Assembly (NCBI GenBank): GCA_964499325.1
Contig: CAZCKS010000001.1
Coordinates: 5,627-69,626 of the forward strand
Source of the DNA: an uncultured Bacteroides sp.
GTDB lineage: Bacteria; Bacillota; Clostridia; Christensenellales; CAG-917
Direction: 5' to 3'
DNA length: 64,000 nt
The stretch's first letter is position 1. The number at the start of each line of letters is the position of its first letter. The translations under genes and the position numbers were made by a program. Below are positions 30,881 through 38,919 of the stretch, one piece after another. The notes under the pieces were generated by a model that ran no database searches, was not told the origin of the DNA, and was given only the letters and a program-made list of their open reading frames with translations.

Positions 30881-30936
30881 TATTTATGTTATCATTATTA
30901 AAGAATAAATTAAATAAAAAAATATACAGGCGGTTT

Positions 30937-32037
30937 ATGAAACTTATTTGTCAAGGAAACGAATTGAGCGACGCTCTCGCAAAAGTTGTAAAAGCACTTC
31001 CGGTAAAGCGCAATAATCCCATTTTAGACGGTGTAAAACTTACTGCACTTGGCGATACTCTTACGATTTTTGCAACTGATCTTGAACTTGCAATAGAAAA
31101 GAAAATCAATGCACAAGTGCTTATTGAGGGCGAAATCGTCGTCCCCGGCAAACTTTTTGCGGATTACGCAAAGAAAATCGAGGAAGAGCAAATCGAACTC
31201 GACGGCACAGATCCTGCAAAACTCATTATCAAATATCTTGATAGCGAATTGCAAATCAAGTGCATGAGCGCCGATGAATACCCCATTTTCAAAGAAGTTG
31301 ACACGCAAAACTCCTTTATTATTCTCAAAAAAGAATTTAAGGACATCATATCCAAGGTTATCTTCAACGTTGCTGTGGATGAAGCAAGACCGTCTTTGCG
31401 CGGTGTGTGCCTCAATATAAAAGACGAAGAAGTGGAAGCGGTTGCATCTGACGGATATCGCCTTGCTCTTGCGCGCGCACAAATCAAGAATAACGGTATT
31501 GTGGATAAAATTGTCGTGCCCTCAAAGAGCATGAATGAACTTGCCCGTCTTATCGACGAGGGTGAGGAAACTATCACCGTTTACGTTGAGAAGAACTATA
31601 TAATGGTTGACCTCTTCCATACCAAGATTGTCACAAGACTTATCGGCGAGGAATATATCAATTATGAGAAAATCATCCCTAGCGTGTTTACAACCGAAGT
31701 CACGATTGACAAAAAACTCTTTGAAAACGCAATCGACCGTGTATCTCTTATCAACCGCGCCGAGAAAAAATCCTATGTGAAAATGGAAATCAAAGAGGAT
31801 ACAATCTCTCTCAACGCTCACAGCGACGACGGCGAAATCAATGAAAAAGTCACAATCGGTCTCAAAGGCAAAGACCTTACAATCGGTTTCAACTCAAAAT
31901 ATATCATTGACAGCATGCACGCAATAGACGAGCCGTTTGTAACACTCAACTTCACCACGTCCACCGCTCCCGGAATTATAAAGGGGGAAAGTGATAGGTG
32001 GTTGTATTTGATTCTCCCCTTGCGCGTAATAGGATAA
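30937..32037 (+). CDS. dnaN: DNA polymerase III beta sliding clamp
   Basis: Start at MKLICQGNELSDAL.... Typical DnaN N-terminus, ~366 aa with three-domain length. Confidence 0.9.
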   Translation: MKLICQGNELSDALAKVVKALPVKRNNPILDGVKLTALGDTLTIFATDLELAIEKKINAQVLIEGEIVVPGKLFADYAKKIEEEQIELDGTDPAKLIIKYLDSELQIKCMSADEYPIFKEVDTQNSFIILKKEFKDIISKVIFNVAVDEARPSLRGVCLNIKDEEVEAVASDGYRLALARAQIKNNGIVDKIVVPSKSMNELARLIDEGEETITVYVEKNYIMVDLFHTKIVTRLIGEEYINYEKIIPSVFTTEVTIDKKLFENAIDRVSLINRAEKKSYVKMEIKEDTISLNAHSDDGEINEKVTIGLKGKDLTIGFNSKYIIDSMHAIDEPFVTLNFTTSTAPGIIKGESDRWLYLILPLRVIG

Positions 32038-32163
32038 TGAGAGCGTGAAATAGCGACTAACTTTGTCAGTGCCTTGCGTTTGACAACTCATGTACAAAAA
32101 GTACATTAGGGTTGCCAACAGCAAGGCACTTTCTCGTTATTCATCTATTTCACACTCTCATTA
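32035..32163 (+). repeat. H1: 129-nt imperfect palindrome / rod-like hairpin starting at the dnaN stop codon (family with H2, H3)
   Basis: Outer stem 32035-32053 / 32145-32163 (18 of 19 bp). Middle stem agtgccttgc / gcaaggcact. Apex atgtac aaaaa gtacat. Conserved loop strings ctaactttgtc and ttctcgttattc. Confidence 0.8.
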
Positions 32164-32289
32164 GATAATAAAAAACATATATTCCCAGACAATTACTGTG
32201 TATGATAATTCAAAAAACTCATTTAGATTGTTATTTATCTCAAAAAAATACCGATTTTAATGTTTTTGCTTTACAAATAAATTTATTTT

Positions 32290-32367
32290 ATATATTATTA
32301 TTAAGCATCCAAGCGGTGCAAATTCCTTTCCCGATAGGGACACAAGACCAAAAGGAGGTAAAAAAGT
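32290..32367 (+). promoter_or_regulatory. rpsF 5' leader with a hairpin that can sequester the RBS (possible S6:S18 autoregulatory leader)
   Basis: cctttcccgatagggacacaagaccaaaaggagg: ccttt can pair with aaagg of the SD region, and an inner hairpin tccc gata ggga is present. Confidence 0.3.
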
Positions 32368-32649
32368 ATGGATAAGTATGAAGTTCTCTACATCGTTCGT
32401 GGTGACGTTGATGACGACAAAAAGGCTCAAACTGTTGAAAAGTTTGAAAACTTGGTTGCTACTCTCGGCGGTACGGTTGACGGTTTGGACAAGTGGGGTA
32501 TGAGAAAGTTTGCTTACGAAATCAATAAGCAAAACGAAGGCTACTACGTTCTTATGAACATCACTTGCACAAAAGACGCACAAGCAGAACTTGACAGAAT
32601 CATGCGCAACGACGAAAATGTCGTAAGACAAATGATCATCAAGAAGTAA
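32368..32649 (+). CDS. rpsF: 30S ribosomal protein S6
   Basis: MDKYEVLYIVRGDVDDD... N-terminus, 93 aa, followed by ssb and rpsR. Confidence 0.9.
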   Translation: MDKYEVLYIVRGDVDDDKKAQTVEKFENLVATLGGTVDGLDKWGMRKFAYEINKQNEGYYVLMNITCTKDAQAELDRIMRNDENVVRQMIIKK

Positions 32650-32668
32650 TAAGATAAGGAGAAAATTT

Positions 32669-33052
32669 ATGAACAAAGTATTTTTGATCGGCAATTTGAC
32701 AAAAGATCCTGAATTGGCATCTACAAACAGCGGTATCAAATTTTGCAGATTTACACTTGCAGTGTCTCGCAGTTACGCAAAAGACGGCAAGAGAGAGACA
32801 GATTTTCTCCCTGTCGTAGTTTGGAGAGCACAAGCAGATAACTGCGCTCGTTACCTCAAAAAAGGTAGCAAAGCGGCTATTAGCGGAAGTATTCAAACAA
32901 GAAGTTATGACACGCAAGACGGTTCTCGTCGTTATGTGACAGAAATTGCAGCAGACGAAGTGCAATTCCTCTCTACAAGAAATGATGAAAACGGTGCAGA
33001 TGACGTCGATTTCGACGATCTCAAACCCATCGACGAAGACCTTCCATTCTAA
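32669..33052 (+). CDS. ssb: Single-stranded DNA-binding protein
   Basis: MNKVFLIGNLTKDPEL OB-fold N-terminus and acidic tip DEDLPF. Confidence 0.95.
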   Translation: MNKVFLIGNLTKDPELASTNSGIKFCRFTLAVSRSYAKDGKRETDFLPVVVWRAQADNCARYLKKGSKAAISGSIQTRSYDTQDGSRRYVTEIAADEVQFLSTRNDENGADDVDFDDLKPIDEDLPF

Positions 33053-33070
33053 TTTATAAGGAGTTAAAAA

Positions 33071-33319
33071 ATGGCTGAAGAAATCAAAGCACCACGCGCA
33101 CCCAAAAGAGTGCCCAAAAAGAAAGTGTGCATGTTCTGCGTAGACCATGTTGAAGATATCGACTACAAGGACGTTGCAAAACTCAAAAGATTCACAACCG
33201 AGAAGGGCAAAATCCTTCCCCGTCGTATGAGCGGTGTGTGCGCAAAGCACCAAAGAACGCTCGCAGTTGCTATTAAGAGAGCAAGAGTTATGGCTCTTCT
33301 CCCCTACAAAGCCGACTAA
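33071..33319 (+). CDS. rpsR: 30S ribosomal protein S18
   Basis: [43 protein letters not shown]. Confidence 0.95.
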   Translation: MAEEIKAPRAPKRVPKKKVCMFCVDHVEDIDYKDVAKLKRFTTEKGKILPRRMSGVCAKHQRTLAVAIKRARVMALLPYKAD

Positions 33320-33430
33320 ATCGCGAAATAATTGTGTCAGCACCCCGTTGCTTAAAAGTCGTGTACGCAAGTACACTTGGCTTTTATTCAACGGGGTGCT
33401 TTCTTATTCTTTGCGATTTAGTCGGCTTTG
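33307..33430 (+). repeat. H2: 124-nt rod-like hairpin overlapping the last codons and stop of rpsR
   Basis: Outer stem 33307-33324 / 33413-33430 (18 of 18 bp). Middle stem agcaccccgttg / caacggggtgct. Apex gtgtac GCAA gtacac. Loop strings aaataattgtgtc and ttcttattc. Confidence 0.8.
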
Positions 33431-33543
33431 TATAAGATAATATAATATATATTTTTCTGCGCAAAGGAATGACCAACGTTCAAAATTAGTATATAGCAAT
33501 TAAAAAGCCACTCAAACGAGTGACTTTTGTTAGTGATTGTGTT

Positions 33544-34773
33544 TTACACCGCTTGTCCATAAACATATCCGATGTAATTGGTTTCTTTATTCCAGTCTAA
33601 TTCTGTTTCAAATCTTAAGTTGCCGTCTTTGTCAATAACAAGAATGATATTTCCGTTATTGTCAGTTCGATATACCGCAATATTTCTTTCTTTAAAGCGG
33701 TCAAGCGTATCTTGGCGCGGATGATAGTAGGATTTGTGCAAATTACTGCTTATCATTGCATACTCAAATGTGTATGTATCAAGAAAATTTTCAGTTGAAG
33801 AAGAATCGCTACCGTGATGTCCTACTTTCAATACATCGCAATCTATCTTGCCGGTGCGTTTTGTTATAATCTTTTCATTTTTTGAATTACTGTCCCCCGT
33901 AAAGACGATTTTGCGATTGTTGTAAGTTAAAATACCAACAGGAGATACGGCATTTATAAGTTCCGAAGTGTTTAAACTTGTGCTATCGTAATACTCTTTT
34001 GTGGGACAATAGAACTTGAATTCGTATGTGTTATCGTCATCTGTAAGCACTATAGTATTTGAATTTTCATCTTCATCGACGTTTAACACGATATTACAAT
34101 TTGGCTCGTTCAATGCCGCGGCAAAAAATTCGGCATATTGGAGTGTTGATATTGTGTCTTTATCCTTAAAAAGTGCTATTTTGTCGCTTGGTATTGCCTC
34201 AAATTCACTACGGACTTCTGAACTTAAAGAATCCAAATTCGGCTCTGCCTTTATATAAGGCATAAATATATTATTAACTTGGAAAGCATCCACGACATCG
34301 TCGAGATATACTACATGATCTTCATCTGTATGCGTGAGCATAAGATATTCGATTGTTTTGTCTGTGATGTATGAGGAAAGATATTTAACAACGTCAGTCT
34401 CATCAAATTCACTATTATTATTCGGTTTTTTAGTGCTTCCACTATCTATAACCATATCTTTTCCGTCGGGAAGTTTGATATAAATGCAATCGCCCTGCCC
34501 TACATTTATCATGTGAACAACAAGATCATCTTCTCCGAAATTGAGATTTGGACCATTGTCGGCGTCTCTATTAAATATGCTGATTATCGCTTGATATGTA
34601 TCAGGAAATGCAAAATATATAACTGCAAATGTAATTGCAATTATAAGTACGATAGAAACAACGGCAATGATAAAAGCCTTTGGGTTTGCTTTATATGCCT
34701 TTTTTGCGATATCTTCTGCTGTTTTTTGTGATTTTTTAGCCATATTTATATTATATAAAAATACTATAGCCAT
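33544..34773 (-). CDS. Membrane-anchored metallo-beta-lactamase-fold protein, ComEC C-terminal-domain type
   Basis: HMINVGQGDC, LMLTHTDEDH, LKVGHHGSDSS, N-terminal TM segment. The start may be the MAKKSQ codon 10 residues in. Confidence 0.75.
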   Translation of the reverse strand: MAIVFLYNINMAKKSQKTAEDIAKKAYKANPKAFIIAVVSIVLIIAITFAVIYFAFPDTYQAIISIFNRDADNGPNLNFGEDDLVVHMINVGQGDCIYIKLPDGKDMVIDSGSTKKPNNNSEFDETDVVKYLSSYITDKTIEYLMLTHTDEDHVVYLDDVVDAFQVNNIFMPYIKAEPNLDSLSSEVRSEFEAIPSDKIALFKDKDTISTLQYAEFFAAALNEPNCNIVLNVDEDENSNTIVLTDDDNTYEFKFYCPTKEYYDSTSLNTSELINAVSPVGILTYNNRKIVFTGDSNSKNEKIITKRTGKIDCDVLKVGHHGSDSSSTENFLDTYTFEYAMISSNLHKSYYHPRQDTLDRFKERNIAVYRTDNNGNIILVIDKDGNLRFETELDWNKETNYIGYVYGQAV

Positions 34774-34913
34774 TGCAAATAAATATTTGTTAAGAATTGA
34801 ATATAAGACGCATAAAAGATGAGAAACAAGAAAGAGCCGCTTGAATGGACAGCCTAACGTATATGTAATACGTGACTGGATGATTTGATTATGTGGAAAA
34901 AATATATATAGTA

Positions 34914-35037
34914 TAAAATAGATATATCAGATAAAGAACAAGAAAACACCCATCCGAAACAAAACCAAACGTACTGACGTACGTGATTTTGGAGCGGATG
35001 GGTGTTGACACAGTTATTTGCTGATATATCTATTTTA
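34914..35037 (-). repeat. H3: 124-nt rod-like hairpin (minus orientation) starting at the proS stop codon
   Basis: Outer stem 34914-34930 / 35021-35037 (17 of 17 bp). Middle stem 34945-34956 / 34995-35006. Apex acgtac tgac gtacgt. Minus-strand loop strings caaataactgtgtc and ttcttgttctttat. Confidence 0.8.
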
Positions 35038-36474
35038 ATAGGCTTTGGCGAAATAGATGACGTGTGAAGCAGGCTTCCCGCACACCGGGCAAACATCGCC
35101 TACAGGTGTTTGGTCAAACGGCATACAACGTGACGTTGCTTGCATTGTTGCCTTGATATGCTCTTCGCAAGCACGGTCTCCGCACCACATTGTCTTGATG
35201 AATTTGTGGTTATTGAGAGCCTCTTGCATCTCATCGAGAGTATGGCAAGTGACAATGTTGGAATGCAAGAATTCGTGCGATTGATTGAACATATTCTTTT
35301 GAATATCGTCAAGCAGTTGCGGAATTTGCTCTGTCAAGTCGTCGATTTTGACTGCAAACTTGTCATGAGTGTCACGGCGAGCAATCATAACTTGACCGTT
35401 TTCTATATCGCGCGGACCGATTTCAAGACGTACTGGAACGCCTTTCATTTCCCACTCATTGAATTTCCAACCTGGAGATTGCTCTCTGTCATCAAGTTCT
35501 ACTCTTACGCCGATATTGCGGAGAGTTGATGCAACTTCGCTTGCCTTTTCCGTCACGCCTTCTTTGTGAGCGGCAACTGGAACGACTACCACTTGGATAG
35601 GTGCAACCATCGGAGGGAGTTTGAGACCGCGTTGGTCGCCATGTGCCATAATAAGAGCACCTATAAGACGGGTTGATACACCCCAACTTGTTTGATAAGG
35701 ATTTTTAAGTTGACCGTCTTTGTCAAGATATTTGATTTCAAAAGCAGAAGAGAAATTCTTGCCCAGATAGTGTGATGTACCCGATTGAAGCGCTTTTCCG
35801 TCGAGCATCATTGCTTCCATTGTGTAAGTGTCTACCGCACCTGCAAACTTCTCTTTTTCCGTCTTTCTGCCAACAAGAACGTCTATTGCAAGCACGTTTT
35901 GCATAAACTCACGATACACTTCGAGCATTTTGAGTGTTTCTTCTTCCGCCTCTTCCTTTGTTGCATGCAAAGTATGTCCTTCTTGCCAAAGGAATTCGCT
36001 TGTGCGGAGGAAAGGTCTTGTAGTCTTTTCCCAACGCACGACGTTTGCCCATTGATTGATAAGTACGGGTAAATCACGATAACTCTTAACCCACTTGGAA
36101 TACATAGAGCAAATGATAGTCTCGCTTGTGGGGCGTACAACAAGTTGTTCCTCAAGCGGAGTGTTGCCGATGTGTGTAACAAGCGCAACTTCCGGAGCAA
36201 AACCCTCGACGTGGTCTGCCTCTTTCACAAGGAAACTATATGGGATAAAGAGAGGAAAGTATGCGTTTTTGTGCCCTGTTTGTTTAAAACGCTTGTCCAA
36301 CTCGTGTTGGATATTTTCCCAAATTTCGTAGCCGTAAGGACGGATAACCATAGTGCCTTTTACGGGGCCGTAATCGACAAGTTGCGTCTTAAGCACAACG
36401 TCGGTGTACCATTGAGCGAAATCCTCGTTCATATCCGTGATTTCTTTTACAAATTGTTCTTTTTCCTTTGCCAT
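35035..36474 (-). CDS. proS: Proline--tRNA ligase (short, archaeal/eukaryote-like type with C-terminal Zn-binding domain)
   Basis: 479 aa. N-terminus FAQWYTDVVLKTQLVDYGPVKGTMVIRPYGYEIWE, class II core, C-terminal CGDRACEEHIK...CPVCG. Confidence 0.9.
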   Translation of the reverse strand: MAKEKEQFVKEITDMNEDFAQWYTDVVLKTQLVDYGPVKGTMVIRPYGYEIWENIQHELDKRFKQTGHKNAYFPLFIPYSFLVKEADHVEGFAPEVALVTHIGNTPLEEQLVVRPTSETIICSMYSKWVKSYRDLPVLINQWANVVRWEKTTRPFLRTSEFLWQEGHTLHATKEEAEEETLKMLEVYREFMQNVLAIDVLVGRKTEKEKFAGAVDTYTMEAMMLDGKALQSGTSHYLGKNFSSAFEIKYLDKDGQLKNPYQTSWGVSTRLIGALIMAHGDQRGLKLPPMVAPIQVVVVPVAAHKEGVTEKASEVASTLRNIGVRVELDDREQSPGWKFNEWEMKGVPVRLEIGPRDIENGQVMIARRDTHDKFAVKIDDLTEQIPQLLDDIQKNMFNQSHEFLHSNIVTCHTLDEMQEALNNHKFIKTMWCGDRACEEHIKATMQATSRCMPFDQTPVGDVCPVCGKPASHVIYFAKAY

Positions 36475-36676
36475 AATCTGCCTCTATATATTGTATATAT
36501 ATAATTATATACTGCTTTGATATTATATACTGTAATTCACACCTTGTAAAACGAAAAATGCATTTTTTATTCTTACGCGTTTTTAAGAGGTGTGATTGTT
36601 GTGCAAAATTTCTTTGAAAGTTGCAATAATGTAAAAGTCCGCCCATTGTCGGAGCGGACTCTTATGTTATAAACAA

Positions 36677-37147
36677 TTATTTATCAAGGTCGAAATCGTC
36701 GTCCTCTTCTTCCTCGTCGTCATCGTCATAATCGTTGATGTCGCCAATGTCGGTATCGTCAAAGTCGTCTTGATATGCGTTTTCTTCTTCGTCTTCTTCA
36801 AATTCCTCTTCTTCATCCTCTTGAAGTTGATTGAGAGACACTTCTTCCTCGTCATCATCGGTAACTACGTCATCGTCTACATAGTCTTCCCAATCGTCCT
36901 CATCGAGTTTGTCGGTATTAGAAGAAGATTGCTCCATTCTGCATGCAGGACACATATCCTCATCGGGTTCGAGATAATTGACCTTGCAAATCGGGCAAAT
37001 TCTCTCTTCGTCTTCTATTTCGTCATCGTCTTCGAGCAGACATATTTTGCTTGCCTTGCCAAGTTCCGCCTTGCAGACTTCGCAAAGTTCCTCTTCGGTT
37101 GCAATCCAATTAATTTCGCAACGAGGGCATTTTTTATATTTTCCCAT
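36677..37147 (-). CDS. Zinc-ribbon protein with an extremely acidic (D/E) C-terminal half
   Basis: Start set at MGKYKKCPRCE behind gagagg. Three CxxC pairs (CPRC, CEVC, CPIC...CPAC), then about 80 residues that are mostly D/E. Confidence 0.7.
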   Translation of the reverse strand: MGKYKKCPRCEINWIATEEELCEVCKAELGKASKICLLEDDDEIEDEERICPICKVNYLEPDEDMCPACRMEQSSSNTDKLDEDDWEDYVDDDVVTDDDEEEVSLNQLQEDEEEEFEEDEEENAYQDDFDDTDIGDINDYDDDDEEEEDDDFDLDK

Positions 37148-37499
37148 TTTCAACCTCTCTATAAGGGTTTTAACTTTCATATATTATATTGATAAGATGT
37201 GATTATGTAAACTATATTTTCATTTTTTCTGCAAATTTTTTCTTAAAACTTTATATTGTGTGTTTTCACCAATTTTTACCAACATATAGTGTTTGATTAA
37301 AAATGGTGAAAATAATTATTGAAAAGTTTACTTTATTTTGTTAAAATCCCTATTGTAAGTGGAAAAATTACAATATTTCGTCTTAATTGTCTCAAATAAA
37401 CAAAAAGTAACTTTGCTCGACAAAAAATGTTGAAAAGTGCAGTTTTTTGCTTGAAAACGGAATTTATAATATGGTTATACATATCTTTTGGAGGAATTT

Positions 37500-38237
37500 A
37501 TGAACAAGACTATAGTTATAGCAGACGACAATGCGTCTTTGTGCGCAAGTATACGCGATTTTATTGACGCAAAGGATAATTTGCAAGTAGTAGGCATTGC
37601 GCCAAACGGAGTGAAAGCACTCCAACTTGTCAACGAATATCAGCCAGATATTCTGCTTCTTGATATAGTTATGCCCGAGTTGGACGGCTTTGGAGTATTG
37701 AGTGCGCTCGAAGGCAAAAAACCGATAGTAATAATGATGTCCCAACTGGCAACAGACGGATTTGTGCAAAAAGCAATGCAATACGGAGCAAGTTATTTTC
37801 TTGCAAAACCCTTTGATTACAATGCTATGTTGAAAGTTATAGACGACTTGACAATGCCTCGTCAACGCATTGTGCAATCGCCAAAGAATCCCCATCTCGA
37901 CGAGAGAATAACTAATTTGTTTATATCTGTAGGTATTCCTGCGCATATCAAGGGCTATCAGTTCTTGCGCGAGGCAATAAAGATGACGATAGATACGCCG
38001 GATATTATCAATTCTATCACTAAAAGATTATATCCAGGCATAGCAATGAGATACAACACGTCGGCGTCAAAAGTTGAGCGCGCGATAAGGCATGCAATCG
38101 AAGTGGCATGGAACAGAGGCAAGATTGAAAATATCAATAACGTATTTGGTATAAAGATATACTCTCCCAACGAAAAACCCACCAACGGAGAGTTTATAGC
38201 GCTTGTGGCAGACAAACTGTTGCTTGAGTGCGCTTAA
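37500..38237 (+). CDS. spo0A: Sporulation master regulator Spo0A
   Basis: Receiver domain plus the Spo0A-specific C-terminus: [66 protein letters not shown]. Confidence 0.9.
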   Translation: MNKTIVIADDNASLCASIRDFIDAKDNLQVVGIAPNGVKALQLVNEYQPDILLLDIVMPELDGFGVLSALEGKKPIVIMMSQLATDGFVQKAMQYGASYFLAKPFDYNAMLKVIDDLTMPRQRIVQSPKNPHLDERITNLFISVGIPAHIKGYQFLREAIKMTIDTPDIINSITKRLYPGIAMRYNTSASKVERAIRHAIEVAWNRGKIENINNVFGIKIYSPNEKPTNGEFIALVADKLLLECA

Positions 38238-38315
38238 GATAGTAGCCCGTATATCGCTCTTTCAGGCAAAATGAAAGAGTGTATATATATATCATTTTCC
38301 CTCTTCCCCAACGTG

Positions 38316-38343
38316 AAAAAAGCGACGATTTGGTCGCTTTTTT
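38316..38343 (+). terminator. Intrinsic terminator after spo0A
   Basis: aaaaaagcgac gatttg gtcgctttttt. Confidence 0.8.
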
Positions 38344-38466
38344 CATATTTACAGCATTAAAATTATTAAAATGTCAAAATAGTTTCATTTAATCGCCATT
38401 ATCGTTGACTTATTATTTTGATTTATCTATAATACGGTACGAAATCGTACTTAACAAGAGGTTGTT

Positions 38467-38913
38467 ATGGATTATGTAAAAGAGTACAAGGCATTATTTT
38501 GGGAGTCGGACGGGCTATATAATTCCTTTATGGAATACTTTGGATTGTCTGCAAGCGAATCGATGACAATATTTTGTCTTGCCGATGGAATAGATAACCA
38601 ATCCGCAATATGCAAAAAACTGTATATGCCTAAACAAACAATACATTCCGTGATAAAAAAACTGGAACAAGCAGGCGCAGTAGTTGTTTCCAACGAAAAG
38701 GCTAAAGATAAGACCAAAAGCGTTGTGCTCACGGATGTCGGTCATAGGATTTATGCGGAAAAGGTTAGACCGCTTGATGAGGTAGAAAACGTGGCTTTTA
38801 GCATGCTCGATGCAGAAGAACAAAAGGAGTTTGTGCGTATATCAGCAAAATATAACGGGCTGTTGAGACAAACAATGTCCGATTATATAGCCAATGCGCA
38901 AAGAAAGAGTTGA
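38467..38913 (+). CDS. MarR-family transcriptional regulator
   Basis: 148 aa with a winged-HTH pattern (ICKKLYMPKQTIHSVIKKLEQAGAV). Precedes a MATE pump. Confidence 0.75.
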   Translation: MDYVKEYKALFWESDGLYNSFMEYFGLSASESMTIFCLADGIDNQSAICKKLYMPKQTIHSVIKKLEQAGAVVVSNEKAKDKTKSVVLTDVGHRIYAEKVRPLDEVENVAFSMLDAEEQKEFVRISAKYNGLLRQTMSDYIANAQRKS

Positions 38914-38919
38914 TGTGTT

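Noticed and set aside
32639-33391. 250-aa minus-strand ORF across ssb and rpsR
   Set aside because: It is antisense to two certain ribosomal/SSB genes, so it is a shadow ORF.
34775-34912. Possible fourth H-type element next to H3 (aaacaagaaagagcc... and apex-like acgtat atgta atacgt)
   Set aside because: I could find no complementary middle or outer stems. Only a small hairpin and a short loop-like string are present, and the region more likely holds the promoter of 33544..34773.
33234-35096. ORFs 33234..33440 (+) and 34854..35096 (-) with similar peptides (NCVSTPLL... / NCVNTHPL...)
   Set aside because: The similarity is real but reflects the H2/H3 nucleotide elements. Both ORFs run through hairpins, overlap real genes and lack RBSs.
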